A DNA stretch of 63,977 nucleotides, the filler included, from Octopus bimaculoides (Eukaryota): NCBI RefSeq assembly GCF_001194135.2. It is 8 parts of 7 records of this genome, joined end to end, with 100 filler letters (N's around TTAATTAATTAA, not from the genome) between each part and the next. Parts side by side here need not be neighbours in the genome. Positions count along the whole stretch, not along the records: positions 20,651 to 27,830 come from NC_068982.1; positions 27,931 to 38,095 come from NC_068990.1; positions 38,196 to 45,333 come from NW_026339218.1; 5 more parts are not named here. The stretch is one strand, 5' to 3'. The notes under the pieces are model-generated. The model saw only the letters and a program-made list of their open reading frames with translations, searched no databases and had not been told where the DNA came from. Made by a program: the position numbers and the translations under genes. Positions 25,482 to 39,750 of this stretch are shown piece after piece (the first letter of the stretch is position 1; every line of letters starts with the position of its first letter).

Positions 25482-27797
25482 NNNNNNNNNNNNNNNNNNN
25501 NNNNNNNNNNNNNNNNNNNNNNNNNNNNNNNNNNNNNNNNNNNNNNNNNNNNNNNNNNNNNNNNNNNNNNNNNNNNNNNNNNNNNNNNNNNNNNNNNNNN
25601 NNNNNNNNNNNNNNNNNNNNNNNNNNNNNNNNNNNNNNNNNNNNNNNNNNNNNNNNNNNNNNNNNNNNNNNNNNNNNNNNNTATGTATATATATGTATAT
25701 ATACATATATACACACACACACATATATATACATATATACACACACACATACATATCTGTGTGCATGAATGCGTATGTGTGTGTGTGTATTGACACCGAT
25801 GATTGCACTAACTCGATCCCATGACGGGTCGCCGTTTACCAACCTGACCTTTCTCTACATCTGTCACATCAGTTCCTACACAGCTAATTCTGTCTCTATA
25901 ATTAAAAAAATATAAATATAAAAAGAGCCAAGGGACGCAACTGGAGTGGGCCAACGGCATGAATTTATCTAAATTCATTGCTAGCACGCTATATAATGTA
26001 TGCGTGTACTGAATGATGCATCTTTAAATTTTGTCGTTTGCCTTCTAATTCTTTCAGTCATTGGACTGCAGCCATGTTGGGGCACCACCTCGAAGGGTTT
26101 AGTCGAACAAATCTAACCCAGTACTGATTTTTCTTTTTTAAGTCTGGTAAATATTCTACCATTCCAGATTACGGAGATGTACAAACCAACACCGGTTGTG
26201 TCGTAGTAGTAGGGACAAACACAAACACAAAGCTACACACACACACACATCACATGCACATACATACACATCAGACACATACACACACATGACTCCACGT
26301 ACCTCTAGACATATATATATTCATGCATATATACATGTATATATATTTAATCCATAATCGTTAGTCAAACAAAATACATATTCTGTTTCGCTTGTGGCTA
26401 ATCAAGAACATTCTTTCTTCACTCTCAGACTTATATTGGAGTACTTAATCTAAGTGACCAGACTGACAGCTTCTTTTTGAACTTGTCCCCCGATTTTTTA
26501 CTGTCTCCGACTAATGAGAGAAAATAAATCGTCACGAATATCTCCCATTGATCAGTCACTTGCGGTACACTTAAATTCTTTTCAAAATTCGGCAGCATAC
26601 CTGAACTAAAAATATAACTAAATGTATAAGGGAAAAAATTATATTCAGGTTACACTGCGGCACACCTAGCATAGTCTCGTGACACGCCAGCGTGCCGCGG
26701 CCTACCGGTTCCAGAACACTGCTACAGATGACAACGTCATCGGCATCATCACCATAGACAGAAACAGCAGGAGCCTTTGTGCAATTATTTGTCATTGGAG
26801 AAAAGCAGTCAAGTCTCGCTGTGAATCACATTTCAGCTCATCGTTAAAAAAAAAAAGACTACATTAGACTGTACATGTGACAAATATGCAAAAAATGATG
26901 GAATGATCACAGCTGGACTTTTTTATTCATTGCTCTGTTCAGTCAATGTTAATTTATGGCAAAACAATAACATCGGTAGCGACCATCATTATCAGCATAA
27001 CGGATGCAAGAGTAACGATGACAATAACGACGATAACGATGACAATGACAGCAACAACGACATCACCACCATTACCACAAACAAGAGCAAGAAAATCATA
27101 AAACAATAATAAAAACATACAATGGTTAAAGTGTTTTGAAATAGAAGTACTTCTTATCTTGATGGCGCGATAACGAGGTTGACCGGAAATCGTCTGCTTT
27201 AAGTGGGATTTTCATCTTTTCCATCATTTCTGATTGCTGATTAGCACAACCGAGATATGAAAGGAACGAATGAGTCGGACAGAAAGCATTGCATACCTTA
27301 TTAACCTGCGAGACAGTATTTTAAATGATTTACTAGAAATGGTTAAAAATAAAAAAAAAAAAAATATTTAAACCTTGAAGTCTACGATCATTTCCTTACT
27401 CGTTGATAATGGCGGTTTTTCTTTGAAGGTGTCTAGCAATGAGGCTTCCTGTTGGAAGCATTCAATGTAGCTGCTGTTCTTACTAACGTTGTTATTGCTG
27501 TTGTGTTTTACTTAATTAGAAGCATTTTATTGTTCTTCGCGTTCTGTTTCTGTTTTGTTTTGTTTTTTTCCACATTTATAACATTTCACACACTAACACA
27601 CATTAATATATAAATATGCATAGGCGTAGGAGTGGCTGTGTGGTAAGTAGCTTTCTTACCAGCCACATGGTCCCGGGTTCAGTCCCACTGCGTGGCATCT
27701 TGGGCAAGTGTCTTCTACTATAGCCTCGGGCCGACCAAAGCCTTGTGAGTGGATTTGGTAGACGGAAACTGAAAGAAGCCTGTCGTATATATGTATA

Positions 27798-27830
<33 letters not shown>

Positions 27831-29399
27831 NNNNNNNNNNNNNNNNNNNNNNNNNNNNNNNNNNNNNNNNNNNNTTAATTAATTAANNNNNNNNNNNNNN
27901 NNNNNNNNNNNNNNNNNNNNNNNNNNNNNNGCTTGGCATCAAAGTGTTAGTCGAGGGCCAACTTCGCTGCTAACACGTCGGTTGCGATGCCTGTCCTAAG
28001 AGCCTCGTCTAGTTTGTTAACTAAATCCCGCTCTGTTTTCTTACGTTCTACAGCTAGAGCCTTACTAAACGTAATTGATTCTGTTCTAATTGCCCGCTTC
28101 AGGGCGAACCACCAGTTGTTGTTGATGATTGCCCNNNNNNNNNNNNNNNNNNNNNNNNNNNNNNNNNNNNNNNNNNNNNNNNNNNNNNNNNNNNNNNNNN
28201 NNNNNNNNNNNNNNNNNNNNNNNNNNNNNNNNNNAAAGGATGGAAGTAAGAAGTAAGAGAATAAAGGGAAATAAGAGAATAAAAGTGAAAATAAAAATAT
28301 ATGTAGGATGTAATAGTTGCAGTTCCATTATCTAAGGAAAGTGGTGTGCAGAAGTGGTAAAAATGCTTCTTGTCCATAGTATGTAAATTCTGATAGGAGT
28401 TCATATTATGACATTACAAATGGAAATGGTGGAGACGTAGATTTCATGTACTGTTCATTCAAAAGGGTCTTGTGGTGTGAATGAAATTTTGAGAATGTTA
28501 AAATGAGGAGAATGGCCAGAAGGAATAGGTGAGGAAAGAAGAAAGAAAGAAAGAGGAAGAGGAAATACAAAAGGAGTGTTAGTTGGTGGTCGAGATATTA
28601 TGAAGGGGATGAGAGAGGAGTAGGGGAGGGATAGGAAGAGATAAGTATGAAAGGAAAGAATCTTTCGTATTTATTGAATTCGTTTCAGGACTTCACTTTT
28701 GGATTATTGTGAACTGTCATCTCATCAGCTCGAGACTTTTTGATTTGTCTGTATGTATTTATGCAATTCTTTATAGGAATTTGATTTGGGCACGGAATTT
28801 CACTATTATATGTGTTTATATCTTTTTTTTGTTATGTGTTCGCATATTTATAATGGCTTATATATACTCTCTGCGTTTAGATGTGTGACGGCTTTGATGA
28901 GGAATATTATTAACCTTGAAATGTGTGTCTATATATATATATATNNNNNNNNNNNNNNNNNNNNNNNNNNNNNNNNNNNNNNNNNNNNNNNNNNNNNNNN
29001 NNNNNNNNNNNNNNNNNNNNNNNNNNNNNNNNNNNNNNNNNNNNNNNNNNNNNNNNNNNNNNNNNNNNNNNNNNNNNNNNNNNNNNNNNNNNNNNNNNNN
29101 NNNNNNNNNNNNNNNNNNNNNNNNNNNNNNNNNNNNNNNNNNNNNNNNNNNNNNNNNNNNNNNNNNNNNNNNNNNNNNNNNNNNNNNNNNNNNNNNNNNN
29201 NNNNNNNNNNNNNNNNNNNNNNNNNNNNNNNNNNNNNNNNNNNNNNNNNNNNNNNNNNNNNNNNNNNNNNNNNNNTATATACACACCCATACTCATGCAC
29301 GCATATATGTATAAATGTCTATATATTTATTATTAAACAATTAAAAAGTTAGATTGGAGAGTTAAAAAATTAAAAACGGAGACAACGAAAAGTCAAACA

Positions 29400-30670
29400 G
29401 GGTTACTGGAGATTACCTAAGGGATGTTCGGGATATGTACTGTGTGGTGATTTAGCTTGCATTTCGATTTGTGGTAAAATTTGAAGGTATGAGAAAAGCG
29501 GTGGTCTAGTAGTATTGAAGAGTTGTGTTTTAATATGTGGAATGCCTCTTTTAGGCATAACTTACAGATTGAATGTTGACCCTGGTATGGAAGCCCAGAA
29601 TCTATTATGGACCATGACAAGATGTATGGAATATATCTAATTTTGAGATGATGTATGTGGCTGGCGAGTGTTGTGGATTTACTGTGTTTCCCATATCTAG
29701 AAGAATTGAGATGCGCAGCGTATCGCTGTTTAAAACCTATAGCTGACCCTAATATATATGGTTGTAGAATTGTGTAAAGTGTTGAGGACGGTGCATTTAT
29801 AAATTACGTTAGACCTGCAACGGGTTTGTAGAGAGCAGATTGTCCCAGGGCGGCAGTTACATGGTAGTGTATTGTGGGGATTATTCGCAGGAATGGAGGG
29901 GATAATACTGTCTAATGAGAGGTTAGAGATGGCGGTAGATTGGTCTATTTTATTAACACTATTATTACTATTTCTGTCGCTGTTGTGATTTATCCTATCT
30001 GTAATAGTGGTGGAAGTTGGGGTAGTAGTATTCTGGTTAGGTTTTCGTTGTGGTCTAAAGTATGGTGTTCCGTATTGGAGCTAGTTTTTCGTTGTGGTCT
30101 AAAGTATGGTGTTCCGTATTGGAGCTATGTATATGTTGAGCGCTCATATATTCAGAGTTGTTACGGTGTAAGTTTTGATAATAGGAAGAAAGTTTTCGTC
30201 TATTAGAGGCTGTTATGATAGACTCAAAGTTGGGCGGGGAAGAGTAGGATAAAATCTTTATAAGAATTTATGAAGTAGTCAGCGTGAAAAAAAACCCTCA
30301 TAGGGAAAAAAAAACCCATCATTTTTTTCCATAAATATATAATTTAATTTATATAAGGGCATTACTATACAATAATGCCTCACGCTTAGAGGGACTTCAT
30401 AAGTCAAAACTACCAAAATAAGCACATTTTTACCGATCGCGAGGGAATGCAACTTTCAAAGCTAACCTCCTAAAAACTTTTAACTTAACGGCATACCAAT
30501 GGTTTCCTAATTAACACAACAAATATATATATAGTTTTAGAGAAAAGAATCAATGTTCATGAACTCATCGATGAAAATCCGCAGTCACATATAGAAAATT
30601 AATAAGTAAAAGCAAAATAAATAAGTATAATATAATACGAAGTAAATATCATAAGATAATGATAATAAAA
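29400..30670 (-). mobile_element. Penelope-like element fragment (GIY-YIG endonuclease pseudogene plus pLTR)
   Basis: Minus strand reads PCNCRPGTICSLQTRCRSNVIYKCTV...YI/...GFKQRYAAHLNS...STTLASHIHHLK...YILSWSIID...CKLCLKEAFHIL, the PLE CCHH linker plus GIY-YIG signature, with frameshifts. Confidence 0.85.
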
Positions 30671-32084
30671 NNNNNNNNNNNNNNNNNNNNNNNNNNNNNN
30701 NNNNNNNNNNNNNNNNNNNNNNNNNNNNNNNNNNNNNNNNNNNNNNNNNNNNNNNNNNNNNNNNNNNNNNNNNNNNNNNNNNNNNNNNNNNNNNNNNNNN
30801 NNNNNNNNNNNNNNNNNNNNNNNNNNNNNNNNNNNNNNNNNNNNNNNNNNNNNNNNNNNNNNNNNNNNNNNNNNNNNNNNNNNNNNNNNNNNNNNNNNNN
30901 NNNNNNNNNNNNNNNNNNNNNNNNNNNNNNNNNNNNNNNNNNNNNNNNNNNNNNNNNNNNNNNNNAAAATAATATAAAAATATAAAAATAATATAAACGA
31001 ACAGAAATATTATATGCAAAAACAAATTTTAACGAATCTTTCGTTTAAAATACAATTTAAACGAAGTTTTAGGTTAAATTAATAAAGATAGAAGTAACAC
31101 TTATCTAAACGATGCTATAGTTTAAACTAAAAGATTTTAGACTAAAACGTTTATTTGAAAGAAGTCTCGTGAAAATATTGCGTAAAAAAAGAATAGAGTA
31201 AATAGATATAAAAACAGGAATGAAAATTTTATTATGAATGAAAGATTAAACTTTATATAACTTAAATCATAATAAAACAATTAACTATATCGTAAACATA
31301 TATGCTATGGTACACAAATATGCTATGGTATGGTACACAAATAACGATTGCACATACACACACACTCACACACACACACGCACACACACACATAAACACG
31401 CGCGCACACACACACAAACAAACACATACACACACACATATAATGCATATACACACATACGCACACATAAATTGTAATCTTTTGATGGTTTAACATAAAT
31501 GAAATATGAGTAAAAAATGATCTCATATACTCTCAATACAGATAGTAGGTTACATATATATTTTATTTTTCACAATAAAAATTGACTCTTATAAGCTTCG
31601 TTGTTTTGTTGCTTATAAGTTCTTACTGTCACTTTTTATGTGTCTGTGTGCAGAAAACAAAAGTGAAAGTTACCCGTTATAACAATTATTATTTTCTTTT
31701 TACATAATTTGTATCTTTTTCCACCTCCATTTTCTTTCAAATTATGTCTGAGAAGATATTCTTTCTGCTAAGCAACATAATCAGTGCTTTAGTGCCAACG
31801 ATATTCTACCCTATAACTAAATTGTTTGTCAAACTGAAGTGAATAAATTTACTTCATATTTAAATGTCGATTTGCAAAAGAGACTTTTCAGCGTCTCCTA
31901 GTAGAATATAGTATAATAATTCTAAATTGTCTGATCATCAATGTCTTGTAGAATATACTAAGATTCATATACAAGGTTTCAGATATCCTGACCAAAATCG
32001 ATATATCGTAACCATTGACAGGCGGCAAATCGTCACAAGCACAACCAGACAGATACACAAAATCAATACCATTGATACCACTGT

Positions 32085-32197
32085 TTTCTTCTTCTTCTTC
32101 TTCTTCTTCTTCTTCTTCTTCTTCTTCTTCTTCTTCTTCTTCTTCTTCTTCTTCTTCTTCTTCTTCTTCTTCTTCTGCTGTTGCTGCTGCTGCTGCT
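32085..32197. repeat. Pure (TTC)n microsatellite followed by (GCT)n
   Basis: About 30 uninterrupted TTC units are visible. Confidence 0.95.
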
Positions 32198-34013
32198 TCA
32201 TGAGAGGTGCACTTGTTATTTTCGAATAAATTTTTAATAAGGAAACGAACCCTGATTCATTATGTCCGCTGCCGTTTTTGTCATCATCATCATTATCATC
32301 ATTTATACCACCATTTCCCACCCCTTATCTTGGTCACCACTTGTGCCCTCGCTATTACCACCTTCATTGTTATCATCGCTGACACCGCCACAGCAACATT
32401 GTAAAAGCTGCTGTAATTATTACTGACGTCGTTTCCGCCACAAGCACCGCCACTACCATTAACTCCAACACCAGCACCAACAAATTTACCTGTGTTGTCC
32501 CCAACAGTGCCAGCGAATTCAATTTCCTATCAACTGTTTATAACTGAATAAGATTTATATTTCCAAAGATAAAATGGTCAAAGAATAAGGATGGATTGCA
32601 TCGTCATCGCAAGTTATGGAGATTCGCATGAATGGAATTCTAAGGCAGCAAGATTTAAATATTTATCAAGCAATGTTCCCCATAATGGATATTTCTAAAA
32701 ATTGCTTCCAATAGAAATGAGAAATCGGAACCCGGATATTGAAAGGTCTTGAATATCGTCAGTCAATTTGGAAATAGTTAACAATGTAAACATTGTCCAA
32801 GTCGGAGAATCTAAATGAAATTTGGATTTTCACCGAGAAATAGGAAGGTAGATATACTGAATTCCGTTTTAGGATTCTATATCACTAGGTACGTGGTCGT
32901 TCTACTATCCAAGCTGAGTTGACTAATATGTTTTAAATAAAGGGAATCGATGTCCACAATACAGATTTTATAATCGCTTTCTCATATAACATAAAGTGAT
33001 GACATTTCAGTAATTAACTGAGATGCTGAAAATAATATTTCTTATAGCTTATTATATAACGATGAAATAATTCAACTACTGAGTTCTAACACATACATGG
33101 CCATAATTTTTGAAGAGAGACGTGCAGTTGATTCTATTGATCCTAGCACTTGGCAAGTACTTTATTTTACCAACCCTGGAAAAATGAAACGTGAATATGA
33201 ACTCGATGTGATTTGAACTTACATCACAAATCGACGTAGCTAAATGCTTTTAAAACATTTTATCGCTGTTTCTAGCAATTCTGTCAAATCACTTCCTTAT
33301 AAATTCCATGTGATTATGAAACTGAAACCCTGCCTAATATACAAACGATGTCTATCGGTTAATGCGCGAACCTGACAGGAAGATCAGAGGCCTGAGTATA
33401 ACAAAGAAAGTATACCACTAAAACTGGCTGTTGCTGAATAAAAATAGTTTACTGTTTCAGATTTAGCGTTCTTTATTATTACTGCACTGGAAGTCAAAAA
33501 TTATACAAAATCTTGAGTGGACTATTCAGAGCATATGCTATTATAAACAAATAAGAATATGTTCTTGTGAGGAGAGTTTCTCCACTCACTTTTGTAAATT
33601 GCTGTATTGCTTATAAAATTTTGGATACTCCTACTTGACTTGGGCGGTGAGCTGGCAGAATCGTTTGCACGCCTGGCAAAATGCTTTACTGTATTTCGTC
33701 CGTCTTTATGTTCTGAGTTCAAATTCCACCGAGATTGACTTTACCTTTCATTCTTTCGCGGTCGATAAAATAAGTACCAGTTGAACACCGGGGTCAATGT
33801 AATCGATGCTGGCCTTGTGCCAAAATTTGAAACCCCTAAGGCAGTGAGCTGAAAAAATTGTTAGCACGCCGAACGAAATGCTTATCGGCATTTCATCCGT
33901 CCTTACGTTCTGTGTTCAAATTCCGCTGAGGTCGACTTTGCCTTTCATCCTTTCAGAGTCAATGAAATAAGCCCCGCCCACCAAATTTCAAGTTTTGTAC
34001 CTATGATAGAAAG

Positions 34014-37008
34014 CATGGACGTGCCGCCTGGGTAGGTAAGGTAGGCAGTACCTACCCTGAATAAAATAGATCGATAGTAACATTTTCATTTTATGGCAAA
34101 ATATGCACCTAATTCTGTAAAATTATGAAGGTTACTCTGATTACTATGCATAAAATGCAAAATATCTTATTTTTTTGTAGATTAGGTAGGCATAATTCGC
34201 CCCTGCCTTTCAATTTCAGTATTAAAACTATGTATAGCACTGCTGTAGTACATGTGCTGCGTACATTCCTACAACAACGTTTTCTTTATGCGCTATAAAG
34301 GCAGAAGTAATTCTGCCTCCAACTCAGACGCGCGCATGCGTTTCGCTTCTTTTCTTTTCTTTTTTTGCGTGTTTTACTACATAAACGTCACCAACTGCCT
34401 ATCCTGAGTAATTACTGACGGCAGGTGCCTGATAGAAAGAATTCTTAAGAGCTTTCCATTCAGCAAGATATAACAAATTTGGCAACAAGATTAGATATGA
34501 GGCTACTTTTGAGGAAACTTCTTAACACAGCAGAAGACGCAAGACTTTATTTTGCCCAGGAATGCAAAAGATTTAACTTTTGACCAGATCATACAAGTGT
34601 CGTCTTTGACGAGCGTTCTTCGAAGTTCAATATTTGATATCGGTGCATGAAACTGGCTAGGCAGGAAGGTGAAGATTATATCCTTTATGCAAATAGAGAC
34701 AATCTTGAATGCGAACAGTTCAAGTTGTCAACTATGACAGAAGACTAGTTCAAATACTTGATTTTTATTTGCGGCTTACTGTCAGTCACATATCGACAGT
34801 AAACATACGAACTAAATTATTGGGCAAAATTGAAAATCTCCAGGTATGACGCTGCAAACAACCACACATTTGTACCAACGCCTTCTCATGTACAACACGT
34901 TGGAAAGCCTACTATTCAATCCCACCACTTCCTGACCACTTCCCGACAGTCTCTATCTCTAGCAGGCGCTGATGAGTCAAAACCACCAATGGCCTGTTGG
35001 CAATGCGGTGAATGGTATTATGTTAGGTGATATCACTACAAAAGACATAAGCGCTCAGTGTGAAAATGACATGGACACAAGGAAAACCAGTACCGAACAA
35101 GGTAGTCGGCGACAATCAATTCCCCTTTTAAATACAGTGTTTACAACGATTGGCGACGAAGTTGTGAATACCCGAAACAATAAGCATATGTAGTTAATTA
35201 TTTGAAAGGTAAATGTAAATTTATTTTTATTTTGCAAAATAATTTCAACAAAAAATGGCTTTGCTGAATAATAACATACAATACAAAAAGTGAGCAAATG
35301 CAGTGTTATACCCGTGTAAACAAGTTGTTTATGTGAACATGGTGAAGGAAGTAACAACCTTAATAGAGGAAATTGCCGTGAACTATTGCAGTGCTTTGCT
35401 GAAATCGACAGCGTATTTGCTTCTAGTCTTTCTACTAAAGAGGGGTCGAAACAGTTTTCAGGAGTCTCAAGCACAATACAAAATGACCTAATACAAGTGA
35501 TTGGAAATGTCATCTCTGATGAAATTAGAAGCGAAATCGATAAAGCTCCGTTTATGTCTGTACAAGCCGACGAAACTACAGACTGTGCAATGCATGTCTA
35601 ACTGTCGATCATAATAAAATATGTATATGAAGACAAAACATGTGAACGATTTTTCGGATTCTATGAAGTCAGTGATGATAAAAATACTACAAGACTGGCT
35701 GATGTGATCGCAACTGCGTTGAACTCCTCCAGTGACGCTACTGATAAATTAGTAAGCCAGACTTACGACGGAGCAGCTGTAATGGCAAGAACGCTAAACG
35801 AAATACAGAGCAAGACAAAAGATAAAAGATTTAAACACGCGCACTTCATTCACTGCTATGCGCATAAACTTGAGTAAAAGTACCGAGAAGGTGAGTGGAG
35901 TATAAATGGGGTTTTTGTTTTCTCATTTACGCGCATTAAATAAATTTACATTTTCCAGTACCAAGCGGGAAACTGTTTTCAGGCAGTTTAATGTCAGTAT
36001 TTAATCACTGTGCGAAACAAGATGGAAGAACTGTCATCTATAAAACTATTGCACGAAAACTTGAAAAATGCCTTCACAAGTATTCTAGGCTCTAGTGAAA
36101 AGTTGGATAAAGTAACTTTGTCAAACAGACAATTTATTGGCAAAGTTGAATGATTTCACATTCATGTTTTTCATCAATTGCTTTCAAAAGATACTTTCTT
36201 ATGCTGGAAAAGTCTTTGATATTCTACAGTGTAAGCTACTCAGCATAAAGCACGGTCAGAGTAAACTAAATGACTTCATTCATTGTGTTGAAGGTTATCG
36301 TAAGGGCGAACATTATGAAAACATTCTGCGCGATACAGCTGCTGTCACTGAAAAGGTAGATGAATCCGATCCTCTACCTAGAAAAAGAGTCAGAGAACAA
36401 ATCAATTACAAAACTACCTATTTTGAAATAATTGATAACATTCTAATGTCCTTACGAAAGAGATTTTCTAGCATTCGGGGGTATGGATTATTTTGGATCA
36501 CTAGAGTTTGAAGAGTTTGCTAACTCATTTCTCATGCAATATATGGACTCTCTAGAAAACAAGCATCCCTGTATTTTTGACTTAGTGAACGAGCTAAAAT
36601 ATATGTATATTGACAGTGATTTCAAAAAGTGCAAGTCAATCAACTCCTTTTTAGAATTACTGTATAAATTGGAGTTGACTTCCGCTATGCCGGAATCCAC
36701 TAAACTAATGAAGCTAGTGCTGACCATTCCCTTAACATCAGTCGCTAATGAGAGAATTTTCTCAACGTTTGATTGAATCTGCTCATATCTGAGAAGCACA
36801 ATGGCCCAAGAACGGCTGTCTTCACTGGCTCGTATCTCCATCGAGAAAAGCATTTTGAACGACTTGACCAACAAGGAGTTGCATGACAAGATATTATACG
36901 ACTTTACCATGAAACCAACACGACTGTTTTATTGTTAAATTATCAATGCACATATTAGTCTGGGTGTGCATTACATCTCTTACCTTCTTTTATACATGTG
37001 TCTTATGC
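34014..37008 (+). mobile_element. hAT transposon (ZMYM1-like/DUF4371 transposase pseudogene at about 35300-36938); right end replaced by a PLE insertion
   Basis: SSTIQNDLIQ...FMSVQADETTD...QLSI..ERFFGF...QTYDGAAVM...HCYAHKL...LVLTIPLTSVANERIFS...RSTMAQERLSSLA, with stops and frameshifts. TIR-like start CATGGACGTGCCGCC. Confidence 0.88.
34490..35100 (+). mobile_element. Ty3/Gypsy gag fragment nested in the hAT element
   Basis: RLLLRKL...ILPRNAKDLTFDQ...FNI*YRCMKL..EGEDY..YAN...ECEQFKLSTMTED*FKYLIFICGL...CWQCGEWYYVR resembles gag of the K02A2.6-type Gypsy group. Confidence 0.65.
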
Positions 37009-37009
37009 A

Positions 37010-37560
37010 AAATGCGGTAAAGGTTTAGTAACCCACCTACTGGATCTAGCGAACGTTTGCATCTAAATACCAACCAAGATGTAAACAGCATTGATAAGCA
37101 CCAGCTTCGACCAATTCGTAGTAGTAGAAATACTTATGATACAGCTAACACAGTAACAATGCCAGTAAATGGAGTCGGGACTACCTTATATACAAATAAA
37201 TACGATAAATGCTCATGCAGAGAAATATCAAAATGTCCTTTGATGAATCTCTGTATGAGTACAAATCTTGTATATAAATGTACCGTGCACACAAGGGGAG
37301 GGCCCTATGTTTACATTGGGCAGACGGCTGATTCATTTAAGAATCGGTATCGTAACCATGTTGCCAGCTTTAAGACATTCAACATCTTTGGCAGATTTTG
37401 TATAGCAACTGAAGGAGGGTAAAACGAAGTACAGTATAATTTCCAGGAGATGCCGTCTCTGCTCCGAGGAATCCCTGTCTAACGAGAAGATAATTAATAG
37501 AATTTCTGAACAACTCTCGAGATGCCTCTACGCATATAAATGTACTTTCGCACAATGTAG
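37010..37560 (+). mobile_element. Penelope-like element fragment, GIY-YIG endonuclease (ORF 37057-37422)
   Basis: KCSCREISKCPLMNLCMSTNLVYKCTV...YVYIGQTADSFKNRYRNHVASFK followed by RRCRLCSEE, the PLE CCHH/GIY-YIG signature. Confidence 0.88.
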
Positions 37561-38329
37561 TTAGAATGAATTTTGAGTAACCGTTAACTTAACTTGATTT
37601 ACTTTAAGGTATGGATGACTTAAGTTCACTTTTAACCACCCCATTCTTATAAACAGTAAGTAGAAAACTAACTCGCTTTGTAATCATGAGTGCACCAAAC
37701 CTCACGTGTGTGTATGCTCACATTTTTACAGATGCTTGTATGAGCGAGTGTACTCGCGCCATGCAGCTAGCCTGAGGGCGTTTATACATCCATATCTGTT
37801 AACGGTTATTTTTAATACTTTTCTCGTTGGATTGCGTGTTCATTTCTCTTTTTGCCATCTGTGATTTTATTTTTGATCTTCTATATAAATGAAGATATTT
37901 CCTCTATCTGGCTGCCTTTCTCTCTACAAAATGGAAAGTTAGATTGTGGCACAGTCATTTTATGACTCGACAAGATACATCTGCACCGCCGGATGCTCCT
38001 GAATCAGTTGTTGAATGTCCCACCCAAGAGGAATCGATGCTAGATGTGTCGAAACAATTGTCGTCATTAATAATAAATTCTCGTATATTCCATCTNNNNN
38101 NNNNNNNNNNNNNNNNNNNNNNNNNNNNNNNNNNNNNNNTTAATTAATTAANNNNNNNNNNNNNNNNNNNNNNNNNNNNNNNNNNNNNNNNNNNNTACAT
38201 GCAAAGTATTAGCAGACGTTCGGGGAAGGAAAGAAAAATGGTTTCACGTTTCGAACAAGAGCTCTTCTTCAGTGATTACATTTCTAAGACAGGAGACTGT
38301 AAGAGAAGGAGGTATGTGTGGGTATGTGC

Positions 38330-39750
38330 GTGCGCGCAATTCTCTGTGTGTATATGTGTATTTGTGTGTGTGTGGTGTTTGTGTAGTGTTGGCTGTTTAT
38401 ATGTGTATGTGTGAGTAAACTTTGTGTCTCTTAATGTTGTAGGAAGAATTCAGCAGCATGGTAACAGGAGTTGTGGTCCTTTGGGTAGTTGTGTGTCTCT
38501 TCGCATGTGCGTAGAGAAATGGTCAGTAGAAAGGTGTTTGACTGGCAGTTTGAAGTATGTGTGTGCGTGAGTATATAAGTGTGTGCGTGAGTATGTATGT
38601 GTGTGCGTGTATATATATGTTGTGTGTGTTTTGTGTGTGGTGTGTGCATGCGTCTGTGTGTGTGCGTGTGTATTCGTGTGTGAGTGTGTGTGTGCGCGTG
38701 CGTGTGCGTGTGTGTGCGTATGTGCGTGTGTATATGTGTGTACGTGGGGTTGTGTGTGTGGTGCGTGTGTATATGTATGTGTGTGTAGTGCGTGTGTATA
38801 TGTGTGTGCGTGTATGTGTCTGTGTACGTCTGTGTGTGTGCGTGATATATGTGTGTGTACGTGGTGTTGTGTGTGTGGAGGTATATGTGCCTTGCTGTAC
38901 GTGTGTGCGCGTGCGTGAAAATGCATGTACATGTGTGCATGTGCGCGTGCGCGTAGTNNNNNNNNNNNNNNNNNNNNNNNNNNNNNNNNNNNNNNNNNNN
39001 NNNNNNNNNNNNNNNNNNNNNNNNNNNNNNNNNNNNNNNNNNNNNNNNNNNNNNNNNNNNNNNNNNNNNNNNNNNNNNNNNNNNNNNNNNNNNNNNNNNN
39101 NNNNNNNNNNNNNNNNNNNNNNNNNNNNNNNNNNNNNNNNNNNNNNNNNNNNNNNNNNNNNNNNNNNNNNNNNNNNNNNNNNNNNNNNNNNNGTGTGTGT
39201 GTGCGTGTGTGTACGTGTGTGTGTGTGCGCGCGCATGTATGTGTGTGTTGTGTGTGTGCGTATTGTGTGTGCGTGTTGTGTGTGGTGTGTGAGAAGTATA
39301 TGTACATTCATGTGTGTGCGCGTACGTGTATGTGTGCATCTGTGTGTATGTATGTGTGTGTGTATGTATACGTGTGTATGCATACGTGTGTATGTATGCG
39401 TGTGTGTGTATACGTGTGTATGTATACGTGTGTATGTATACGTGTGTATGGATGTTTGCGTGGGGTTGTGTGTGTGGAGGTATATGTGTGTTCCTGTGTG
39501 CATGCGTGTGTGTACGCGTGTATGCGCGTGTGCGTGTGTACGTGCGTGTGTGTATGCGTGTGTGTATGTGTGCGTGTACGTGCATGTATGTGTGTGTATG
39601 TGTGTGCATGTATATGTGTTGTGTGTGTGTGTGTGGTGTGTGTGGGAGGTATATGTGAGGTATATGTGCGTTCATGTGTGTGCGCGTGCGTGTATGTGTG
39701 CGCGTGTGCGTGTATGTACGTGTGTGTGTATGTATGTGTGCGTGTATACA
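38330..39750. repeat. Complex degenerate (TG/TA/CG) dinucleotide satellite
   Basis: Visible; it is the source of the 473-aa and 401-aa His/Thr or Val/Cys pseudo-ORFs. Confidence 0.92.
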
